A stretch of DNA of 60,357 bases from a virus. Lineage: Duplodnaviria; Caudoviricetes. The translations under genes were made by a program, and so were the position numbers. Shown in pieces: positions 35,259 through 45,200 of this stretch (position 1 is the stretch's first letter; each line of letters starts with the position of its first letter). The DNA is taken from the IMG/VR virus record IMGVR_UViG_3300035211_000039, positions 1 through 60,357 of that record. The stretch is one strand, 5' to 3'. The notes below the pieces were generated by a model, which saw only the letters and a program-made list of their open reading frames with translations, was not told where the DNA came from and searched no databases.

Positions 35259-38200
35259 TAGTCTGTTGCTCCATCCCAAAGGCCGTCACCAGTACAAGAC
35301 CAAGCATTAGCGCTTCTATATTGACAGGCGATAACGGCACCACTGGTTCCGTCCGTGGTAATGTTTTCGTCTTGGGTTTCCGCTGCGCCATCAAGATAAA
35401 TCGTATCGGCAGCGTTCGGGTCAAGAATGACTGTATTAGCACCCTCAACTATAACAGTGAAGTGCATACCTGCGGTTACGGCCGGAAGACCACCTGTTCC
35501 GGCAGCGTTTGCTATCCATGTGCCGCCGTACATGTTTTTCCCGCTCATTGTCCACGTATCGGGATCGGCAACCGTCGGAGTGAGCGCCCTTGCTGCTATG
35601 GCTATTCCGCTTGCATAAATCGTGTCAACACCTGTATCTGTCGATACGTCTATCTGGTTTGCTCCTCCGTCTGCGAGGGTTATCGTTTCATCGGAAAGGT
35701 CAAGGTGAATTGCGATATCCGCGGCAACTTGTACTATGCCGTCAGCACCCATGTCGATAAACACCGCCGAATCAACACCCTCAAGCTTATCAACCGATGT
35801 GATGTCGTAGTCGGCCATATCGGAATTAGCACCAGCGGTAAAGCCGCCATCTACAACGAACGTACCACCATCTGAAACAAAGGTGTGATCGGTTATATCG
35901 GCGCTTCCATAGTCCATATCGACAGCGCCGACGCCGTCCAATCCTACGGAGGTGTTAATAACGCCGGTAACGGTCAAAACGCCAATGGCTGCGGTCCCAG
36001 AGGTGGAGATGTTTCCCGTGGTAAAGTCGGAGTAGTCTATTTGGCCAGCGCCGGACCCTTTGTTTAGATGTGCATCGTCAATAGAGGCGTCAACATACTG
36101 AGACGAATCCACCGAATCGGCAGGTAGGGTTATCGAATAGGTTCCAGCGAAAGTTAAGGCAGAACCGGAAAACTTAGCATAGTTCGAACCGCCGTCTCCG
36201 ATTCTAAGGTCATCGACATTCAGCTCGGTAACGTATGCACCAAAATCAATCTCGTCGTTTGCATCAGGATTGGTTATATCGTCCCAGGCAACTGAGCCAC
36301 CACCACCGCCGGCTGCCATGTAAAACTTATTGGCGTCCGCATCGTAGGAGACAACATAATCATCCTCTCCGGTAGAGGGGATGTCTGCTTCGGCGAGCGA
36401 AATTACTATGTAATCCGTTGTCCCGTCAGAGTAAACCAAAAGATCGTGCGCGAGATCTGTAATACCGTCAGTGTCAACCATCACCTGCGAGGCGGCAAGA
36501 CTGGTGTGAACCGTTCCAGCAGCAACGCCCCTAAATTGTGTGTCGATTGAGGTTATCGAGGTCACATCAAAGTATGTCGTGTCGAGTCCGGCAAACGTTA
36601 TATCAGAGATGTCAGATGACGGCACCCCGAACACCATGAACTGATTTGCAGCTGTCGGGACCGCGTTCGGGAATCGGAAGTCGAGCGATGCCGTGAAGTT
36701 GTCCTGGGCAAGCCAGCCCCTATATTCTGTTTGATAGGCTGGATCTTCGTAAATCCTAACCGCTCCGGTAGTTCCTGAGGCTCCCGAAATTTGCAGCGTT
36801 TTGACAACCGTGTCTCCGTCACCGTCAACGGTCATACCGCCACCACCGACTGAAAGCTGATCTGCGGTTAATACCGCGTCATAGGTTCCATCTGAATTTG
36901 TTACCGTGAAAACAGAGTTTGCAGCGTTGTCGTTCAAATCCCAATATACGTCGGCACCGGGTCCAGCGGTATGCGTGTACTCCAATCTGTCGTCAGTGGT
37001 TTCGTCATAGGCCAATTCCCAATCATTATCGTTACCGAAAGACATGGCTATTCCGTCTTGCCACTCCCAATCTGCTCCAATGGTATCGGCGGTATCAGCC
37101 CTTACTATTTCGGCGTCAACGGCTTCGTATGTGGAGGAAATATCCGGTATATCTCCAGCTTCAAGCCCAAAAGTAATGGTCATAGAGGACATATCCCACG
37201 ATCCAGTGGTGGGCAAATCCCCGGAAGTCAACCCGAACGTCACCGTCTTGCCGGAAATATCTAAACTCGCGGCCAGGTCATCCGTTCCAACCTCTCCGTT
37301 TTTTATATCCGCTGATACGATAACGCTGTTGGGAAGGCCACCTTCAGCGATACCGGTGATGGTTCCATCCCCAGCAAGGGTAATGGTCCCATCGGTTACG
37401 GTTCCACCTGTCACGGCGCCGCTGGCCGTGATGCCGGCCGCACCGGTCAGGTTGTTCGAATCATCTATGCTGATTCCGGTAGCCTGCAGGAGGTTCCCTG
37501 TTCCATTGGTTTTTATAAGGATATTATCAGTACCGAATCCATGTGGGCCTACCAAAATGTCGCCTGCTTCTGCGGGGATGTAAACCGCAACGTCAGCCCC
37601 GGGGTTTCTTCCGGCAAGGGCGATTTCGAAATCGTTTGCCGTGGTTCCTTCAAAATACATGGTGTTACCACCACCATCTGCGGTGAAGGCCGAACCCGAT
37701 GCAGCATCTCCGACCGCCGTGATATCACCAGATCCAGCAGGGTCATCCCATGATGGGTTGGCCGCCGCACCTCCGGTCTTAAGATATTGGCCGGACAGCC
37801 CCGGCCCGAGATTGACCCAATCCGTTCCGTCAAAATAGATAATGTCTCCCTGTGCAGCCGTTATTCCGGCAATGTCCACCAGATAGGCATGAACCCCAAT
37901 GGTGACATAATCACCACCATCGGTATAGGTGACAACGGTTCCATCGGTTCTCAAAACCCCATCGCTGTTGGCTGCCCCAAGATAACCTGCGGTAGCACCG
38001 GCATCCACCTTGACCGTGAAGGCGTCGGCACCGCCCGCCTCGATAGCGGTCTCAAGCTCCTGGATAGCGGCCTTGACCGTTTGGTTGTCGGTAATCGTTG
38101 ATCCTGTGAACTCACCGAGATGAGTCGCTCCCGTTGAAATTCCCAATGCGGTTTGAATGTCATCGATCTCAAGGGCGGCAATCTCAGCATCGGTGGCCGC

Positions 38201-38659
38201 TGTTGAGGCATCCTGCTTGGACGCGAACAGGGCGTCAAGCTCTGCCTCTGTGTCGTATGCCGCGCCGAGCGTAGTGGTGAGCTCTGCGGGAGTAAGGTAG
38301 GCCGTCAGCCATGCCTCATCGGCAAACGATCCATCATCGTCGGTATCGAACAGGTGCATCCGGTCATAGAAATCATCCTGCGATACGGCATGAGTAGCGT
38401 CGGCGTTGAAGTTTCCGGCCGTAAATGCCTCGTCCTGGACCTCTACCGATCCGGCGCCGGCATTGGCTACCGCAATGTCATAGATATCATCCGGAGTCAC
38501 GATAACTCTCGTTGTGTCTCCGCTCGGGCTTGCCTTCTGGGCGGCCGTCATCTGCTGGGGCATTGGAAACGGTGGCGCTCCAGCAGCCTCCGTATATATG
38601 AAAGTGGAATACCCGGCAAGTAATATGATCGCAAGTGCCAGTATAGTAATTTTTTTCAT
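35258..38659 (-). CDS. Tail fibre/spike-like protein with N-terminal signal peptide (1133 aa)
   Basis: G/D/T/A-rich fibre motifs (GDIIYFDGTDW, GQYLKTGG.AANPSW); MKKITILALAIILLA; TAATG coupling at 38659. Confidence 0.75.
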   Translation of the reverse strand: MKKITILALAIILLAGYSTFIYTEAAGAPPFPMPQQMTAAQKASPSGDTTRVIVTPDDIYDIAVANAGAGSVEVQDEAFTAGNFNADATHAVSQDDFYDRMHLFDTDDDGSFADEAWLTAYLTPAELTTTLGAAYDTEAELDALFASKQDASTAATDAEIAALEIDDIQTALGISTGATHLGEFTGSTITDNQTVKAAIQELETAIEAGGADAFTVKVDAGATAGYLGAANSDGVLRTDGTVVTYTDGGDYVTIGVHAYLVDIAGITAAQGDIIYFDGTDWVNLGPGLSGQYLKTGGAAANPSWDDPAGSGDITAVGDAASGSAFTADGGGNTMYFEGTTANDFEIALAGRNPGADVAVYIPAEAGDILVGPHGFGTDNILIKTNGTGNLLQATGISIDDSNNLTGAAGITASGAVTGGTVTDGTITLAGDGTITGIAEGGLPNSVIVSADIKNGEVGTDDLAASLDISGKTVTFGLTSGDLPTTGSWDMSSMTITFGLEAGDIPDISSTYEAVDAEIVRADTADTIGADWEWQDGIAMSFGNDNDWELAYDETTDDRLEYTHTAGPGADVYWDLNDNAANSVFTVTNSDGTYDAVLTADQLSVGGGGMTVDGDGDTVVKTLQISGASGTTGAVRIYEDPAYQTEYRGWLAQDNFTASLDFRFPNAVPTAANQFMVFGVPSSDISDITFAGLDTTYFDVTSITSIDTQFRGVAAGTVHTSLAASQVMVDTDGITDLAHDLLVYSDGTTDYIVISLAEADIPSTGEDDYVVSYDADANKFYMAAGGGGGSVAWDDITNPDANDEIDFGAYVTELNVDDLRIGDGGSNYAKFSGSALTFAGTYSITLPADSVDSSQYVDASIDDAHLNKGSGAGQIDYSDFTTGNISTSGTAAIGVLTVTGVINTSVGLDGVGAVDMDYGSADITDHTFVSDGGTFVVDGGFTAGANSDMADYDITSVDKLEGVDSAVFIDMGADGIVQVAADIAIHLDLSDETITLADGGANQIDVSTDTGVDTIYASGIAIAARALTPTVADPDTWTMSGKNMYGGTWIANAAGTGGLPAVTAGMHFTVIVEGANTVILDPNAADTIYLDGAAETQDENITTDGTSGAVIACQYRSANAWSCTGDGLWDGATD

Positions 38660-38769
38660 TATCCGAATCCTATGATCTTGGGTTTGTTTGAATCGATAGA
38701 CCATATGTTCACGCCAACGGTTAGATCGCAAAACAAAATCTTCTTCCATATTTCGTCTGACGTAATCAT
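38659..38769 (-). CDS. 36-aa ORF coupled at both ends
   Basis: TAATG overlaps upstream and downstream. Confidence 0.55.
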   Translation of the reverse strand: MITSDEIWKKILFCDLTVGVNIWSIDSNKPKIIGFG

Positions 38770-39131
38770 TAGAAAGGTGTCTTCTCGGCTACGATTTCAA
38801 CCGTGAATGTTCCGCTTCCGATACCGGATACCGTAATGGTCGGCACCCTGGCGCAGTATCTGTTTTCTGCACCTCCTGCAGCAAGCGGGATAAATGATCC
38901 TCCGGTATAATTATCACTTGCAAGAGCCCCAATCTCACCTCCAAGACCGGTGTTGAGCGCTACCGCAACGGATGTATCAGCCGAAGCTATGACCTCTGCC
39001 TGTGCCAACCAGTAACCGACAAGGCGTTCATCCAGTTCATATGCCGCCTCATCTCCGCTGAATACGATTGTTTGAACAACGGCGTGTTGCCTTGAAATGG
39101 GTGTGCTGAAAGTGTTGCTATCGACGGTCAT
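38769..39131 (-). CDS. Hypothetical virion-module protein
   Basis: GGAGG RBS; beta-rich. Confidence 0.75.
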   Translation of the reverse strand: MTVDSNTFSTPISRQHAVVQTIVFSGDEAAYELDERLVGYWLAQAEVIASADTSVAVALNTGLGGEIGALASDNYTGGSFIPLAAGGAENRYCARVPTITVSGIGSGTFTVEIVAEKTPF

Positions 39132-39153
39132 TTGATTTTCCTCCGTTCTGTGG

Positions 39154-39249
39154 AGGCAACAAAAAAACCCGCCAACGGCTTAAGCCGCAAGCGGGTTGCG
39201 AGAGTCCATCATTTCGTCGATGGTCGGGCAAGGCCCTTATTTGTTGCCT
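39154..39249 (-). terminator. Attenuator-like leader with intrinsic terminator
   Basis: AACCCGC..TTAA..GCGGG followed by T8; two upstream hairpins; 5' AGGCAACAAA complementary to TTTGTTGCCT. Confidence 0.75.
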
Positions 39250-39251
39250 AT

Positions 39252-39281
39252 AATTTATATCAAATCAAACTATTGTGTAAA
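39252..39281 (-). promoter_or_regulatory. Putative promoter
   Basis: TTTACA-16-TATAAA with TGn extension. Confidence 0.5.
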
Positions 39282-39283
39282 CA

Positions 39284-42200
39284 CTATTTATCTCTGGCGT
39301 TGAACTTTTTGTTGAAACGCCTCATAATTCGTTCGATCCTGTTGTCGATTCTCCTTATCCTATCAGATGATTTCGGAGTCTCGCCGCGCCTTTCAAGTTC
39401 TGATCTTTGCCGCCTGAGTTCCGATACCTCTTTCGATGCGTCCCGGGCAAGCTCTCCGAGTCTTAACTCGGACTTGTTGTCCTTGATGATCTTTTTGATC
39501 ATTTCCTTGTCGTCTTCATAGTGCTTATACTGTCTTTCAGCGACCCTTACCGTGTCGATGTTATCATAAAAATCACTTGATAGGGTAGACGCCCCCGGCT
39601 TTCCGAATACTTGACGAACGAATGGGATCTCATACGACTCAATATCCTCGCCCTTTGAGTATTTCCTGGCCGCCGATGCGCTCCTTGCAAAGAACTTGGC
39701 CATACCACCACCAACGGCGTCAACAACATGGTCGATCGATTCTGGGCTGATATCAAGCCATTCAACGCCAACCTTAGCCTCATTGCCACCGCCGATCTGA
39801 TTCAATAATCTGGCGACATCCCTTGACGGCTCCCTTACTGACGACCAGTAAAGCTCTGACATCGGTTTCGGGTTATAGATATCGTTCTCCGGGTGAATTC
39901 TTTTTCCGGTCCAATCCTTGTTTTCAACCACCTGAACAATTGGAATTAGGGGTGCCGGCGCCAGCGTTTGAAGGAAACTGATATCGTTCCCAACAGGATT
40001 GAAAGCGTCGATCGTCGCCCGGGCAAGCCTCAATCCTCCGTCGACCGGCTTGAAGTTCTTTTTCGTGGTAAGTTCTCCAAGGGTTTGCCCAATCACATGA
40101 AGCACGTTGTACCCCCACGGCAACGGAAGCGAAAAGTATTCTCCTTCACCGCCGCCGATCTGTTTTGGGAGCATAACGATCAATTTTCTGTCCTTAACCC
40201 AATCCGGTATTTTATCGTAATAGGGTTCACCGTCCTCATCATCCCCGCCGACTGACCGGTTTATGGCGTCAAGGGCCCAGGCGAAGGCGATTGTCGGATA
40301 TATGAAACGCCTTCTAACCTTCTGGTTCTTGGTGGCCATCAGCACACGGGCGGTTCCCTGGATGGACGCATTATAGAAAAGCTTCCATGCGTTTATTGCT
40401 GGGCCCATGTTTCCCTTGCGGTTGAAGTTGACGGTAAGCTCTTTGGCCACCCGGGCGGCCTTGGCTTCCGTAGCGCCTTTTTCGACCAGGTTTTTGAAAA
40501 CTGAAAGCCTGATTCCATTTTCAACGACCGTATTCATGTCGTTGACCCAATCCCCAACAGCTTTCATTCCCCTCAAGGTGGTGTGGAAATTATCGGGCTT
40601 CATGCGCCTTATCTGACGCTCAAGGCTTCTTCTCCTGGCGTTGATATCGGAATAGCTTTCTACCCATCCGGTCTGGCCGCCTGCCTTCCTAAAACGTTCG
40701 TACCATGATCCCCACTCGGTATCCTTGATGCCTTTCCGGCGCCCCTGGTATATCCCCTTCAGTGCTGCGGGAACGTCCTTCAGGGCCTTCATCTTGATAT
40801 CGTGGGCCTCTGAATCGTTCATATTGTAAATGGCGGTCTGAATATCCCTGCCAAAGTTTGTGATAATAAACTCAGGGTTGAGGCCGGTATTTACCATGGC
40901 AAGCCATCTTGTTACTTTGGAAAGGGACTTAACCAATATTCCATTCGTTTCTGCATCCAAGTTCTTAAGCGCCGAAACGATCCTCATCGCTTCAGGGTCT
41001 CCTTCGTCGAACGTGATATGATGCTCCTCGCCGTTTATTCGAACAGCCATCACGTTGTCCATAAGGCGATCTTGGGGATCTGGGCGATAAACAACGAGAC
41101 CATCAGAATTAAAACTCGGCGCGTATTCTACCTGATCAACCTTCCACGGGCCCTCGTTGGCTTTTGCAAATTCAAGAAATGCCCTCCCAACCTTAGCCTT
41201 TTCGGATCTCACGATGGTTGTTTGGTACTGGCTTACAATTTGTGGAAGGATTCTGCCAAAATCTATTTCCCTCGTAGATCCGGCGCGCCGTTTCTGACCT
41301 CCCCTTGTGTCGAAACCGCGGCCTTTTTTGGGCAAAGAAGCGTCCTTTCCCTCCCTGAAAAGGGGAACGTAGTGGCGATAAACAGCTTCCCATGCGTCGA
41401 TTGTTTCGTCCTTCTCGAGACCGGACTTTCTCAAAAGGTCTCTTTGGGCCTGGGTAATGGCGTCCACTCGCCGACCGATCTCGTCAAGAACTCTCGCGTT
41501 TTTCGACATGGATGCCTCTGAAAGTATTTCGTCTGCCCTTTCGTCGGTCATACCCGATAAGGCCGTGTTATCCTCTACGGGTGTGTAATTGTCGAGTCGT
41601 GCGATAGCTGCGTGAGTGGCCATCATGGCCTTTTCGGTCTGCTTATATCGCTTATCGATTGGGTACTTATCTGGTTTTGCCTTTCTGATATTGGCGCGAT
41701 CTGATTTGATTTTCTCAAGCCTGTCGACCAACTCTGATCTTTGTTGTTCAACTTCGTCTTTGGTGATGTTCATTTTCTTAAGCTGGGCGTTGGCCTCTTT
41801 CGCATGACGAGCGACGAGGTACTCTCCGGCCATTTCCGAATCAATTCCGTTCTTGCTCATCAGGTCAATGAGCGGAGACACATGATCATTTTCAGAATCG
41901 TCTATCTCGGCGCCGACCATGCCGTGATAGCGAAGCTCTGCAAGGTATGCGTCCATGTATTCGGGAAGGTCCGACCCTTTTTTTCTGGCAGCCCTCATCT
42001 GCGCCTTGTTCAGATAATTGAACTTGTCCTGGGCTTGGTATATGAATTCGTCCCAGATCCTTTTTGAAGTTTCGGGTTCAGGAGATTCCTTTAATGACGG
42101 ATCGTCGGACTTCTTCTCTTTAATGGCGTTAATATTATTCTTGAAATTTTCAAGGAACGGGTTGATGGGAGTCTTTGTGCTGTACCTTATGTCTGGGTTG

Positions 42201-45200
42201 GTGGGGTCGAATGTTCCTATGTTTCCGGTTGCTGATTTTATTTGCTCTGGATAAAAAGCAATGTAGTTGTCTTCTTCAAGCTCTTCTGCGCGTATGATAT
42301 TGTATTGCCCGGGATTATAATCTTCTGAATCAATAACTATACCATCGTGACCGAGTTCAATCGCTTCTTGCTTTAGCGTCCTCCACCCTTCTTTATCCAA
42401 ACCCCAATCCAATTCTGAGTCCCTAATATCTTGACCTAATACATCCGTCAATTCTTCAAGATACTCCATTGCTTCATCAGATAGTTTTTCCTCTTCTATC
42501 GGATATAATTGACCGTCTTTATTGCTTTGGTAATGTGGGTAATCATTTTCAATATAAAGTTTATCTCCGTAATCTTCTGATATGTCTTCAACAAGGGCAT
42601 CAATTTTTTCATTTCTGGCGTTCTCTCCAAATAGATATTCCTGGAAATCAGTCGCAGAAATGTGCATTGGGTTTTGGATTGACAGATAGGCTGGTACGGT
42701 GTTTGATCCTTCTGAATATCTTCCGTAGATCTGCGCCCCACCAAACAAATTTGAAACCATTTTACCAGAGAAGAAGAATCCAAGAGATTTGGCAGAGGAT
42801 GCCCCCGTTTTATCACCTGTTTTTTCAAAATCAAACCTGTCAAAGACCCTATCGGTACCGTGATAAACAACCAGCGGAGCACCATCATCATCAACAACCT
42901 TGCTATCTCCGAACCATTTCTTAAAGGCTTCTGACTCTGTTTGGTCGCGGGTGGAAAGTTCCTCGCCAACCACCTCCCCAAGATACGACTCGCGCTTGAG
43001 GAACTTGCCAGACTCGGCTCCCCTCAAAATAGAACGCTGAGTAGCGTGAAACACCGAAATTAGGGCGTCAATGAAATCCGCGATACTTTGTATGGCTCTC
43101 TTTACGATCCCCTTATTTTGGGCTCTGTCGCGTAGTTTTGATTCTATCCATCGGGCCTGCTCCTCCTCGTCCTTTCCGGCAGCTCTTTCGATGGCCCTGA
43201 GTTCGAGTGGCTTCAGGACGCCAGCCTTTTTAATGAAGTGCCAAAGTTCATGCTCAAGGGTGCCTTGGTCTGCGAGGGAGCGCTTCAGCTTGATTAAGCT
43301 CATGCCGTCAAGGTTTTCGAACGATCCTGCGACTTTCTCCCCTAGCTCGGCGCTTCTGCCGTACCCCATCTGGATTGCCACTTCGTTTTTATCGACAACA
43401 GATTCGGCAACGTCGATATAGATGTATTTCGATGGGGTTTTGACACGAACGAGATTGCCAACCTGTTCGGTATCCATGCCCTTGGACTTGAAAGCCTTTA
43501 CGACTTGGCGTGGGGTTATGCCGGGGCCTTCGGTTTTTGTAGACTGCCTGATTCTTGGGTCTGTTTCGCTGAACTCACCCGTGTTGGATATGGCAGACTT
43601 TATTTGCTCCGGTTTGAAAGCAATATAGTGGACGGTATCATAGTTCATACCCTCCATTTGTTTTCCAACCCTGCGCTGTGAACCAAACTTTACGTCAACA
43701 GTATTGTCTATGATGCCGTCGAATCCGGCGCCCTCAAATGCTCGTCTTATTATCTCTGAAGATGCCATGTCACCGCCGTTATCATAATCAGCGGCATACA
43801 CAATGCCTTCACTCTTTTTTAGTGCGTCAATAAGTTCTGATGCGGTTATAGACTCATAATTTGCAGCCTCCATGACATCAGAAACTACCATTCCTGGGTC
43901 TGAGTCATCATAATACGATGCGGCGTTTTTAAGCGATTCTATAAAATCAACGAGCGTACCGACTTCCTCCGTGTCGTAGCCGTTTTCATCGTAAATTTCT
44001 TCGGCACGTTGTTCTATTTCGTCAGAATAGTCGTCCCTGTCGGAATCCTCAAGCTCTTGATCTTCTTTAATTTCTTCCCACGCATCGTTTCTGAAATCCA
44101 CCATATCATCTTCGTTGCGGGTATACTCATAAGTGAATACAGTTTCATCTCTACCGCCTATAATGACCGGATTTTGGAAAGATAAATACGCAGGGATAAT
44201 GTTTGGAGCGCCCCCAGAAAGCTCGCTTCTCGCTATTTTCTTGGCTTCCTCTTCAATGTCGATTTCATCTATGTCTTCAAATCCGAAAGATTCTGGATCT
44301 TCTGATATTTCATACTCAAGCTGCTCGGCTCGCCTTTCTATTCTGGCCGTCAGGTCTGGACCCTCACCGGCATAGTTGACACTCGCGTCTTCTTCCGTAT
44401 TTGTGAAATAAAACCCTGCCCCCATGTCGTTTTCAATGTTTGCTTTGTCCCTATTGAATGCGTCTATGTCATGGGTTGTCGCATGGTAAACAACAAGTGG
44501 TTCGCCATTACTATCAGCCACTAGGCTTTTTTTGAACCACCGCTTGAAATTTTTAGACTTGGTGTCTACGGGCTTGTATTCGGTTTTGGTGGAGAGATTC
44601 TTGTTCTGGTTGGTATCGGGCTTATCTTCGGTGGCCAGCTTATCTTCCTGTTTTTCTTTTGATTCAACCTTTTCGGTGGCGGGTTTGGTGGCCGCTTCTT
44701 CAGGCCAAGAAACGATATCCTTTTCATCAACCATCCGGCGTTTTCCGGGCTTGATATTCCCGTCAGCGTCACGACCAGCCGTCAATTGAACGTAATATTT
44801 ACCCTTGTTTTTTCCTCGCTTTATATGGCGTGGATTAATGAATGGTCTGCGCTGGTCCCCTATCCAAGCTGATCCGGGTGTTTCTTGTGGTCGTGTTCGT
44901 CCCACCGCTTCAGTGCGCTCAACAGATGACTCTTGGATTGGTTTTCGTTCTGGCGCTCGTTTTCTGAAGGGGCGCTCCTTATCAAACTCGGACTGTTTTG
45001 CCACCATCTCATTGAACTTGGCGGTCACAGATTCGGAGGTAGGTGTCTCAACACTGAACGATCTACCGCGCATAGGACCGGATTGAGGCGTGAACCCGTA
45101 AAGAGGGGGCTTGTTTATCGCAGATCTATCCTGTTCGCCGTCGAACTTCAGGTCGTTTCCGGGGGTTGATTCGTTGAATTGGGTGGCGGCTATGGATGGA

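Noticed and set aside
33011-38659. Diversity-generating retroelement on the fibre genes
   Set aside because: No reverse transcriptase and no TR/VR pair noticed.
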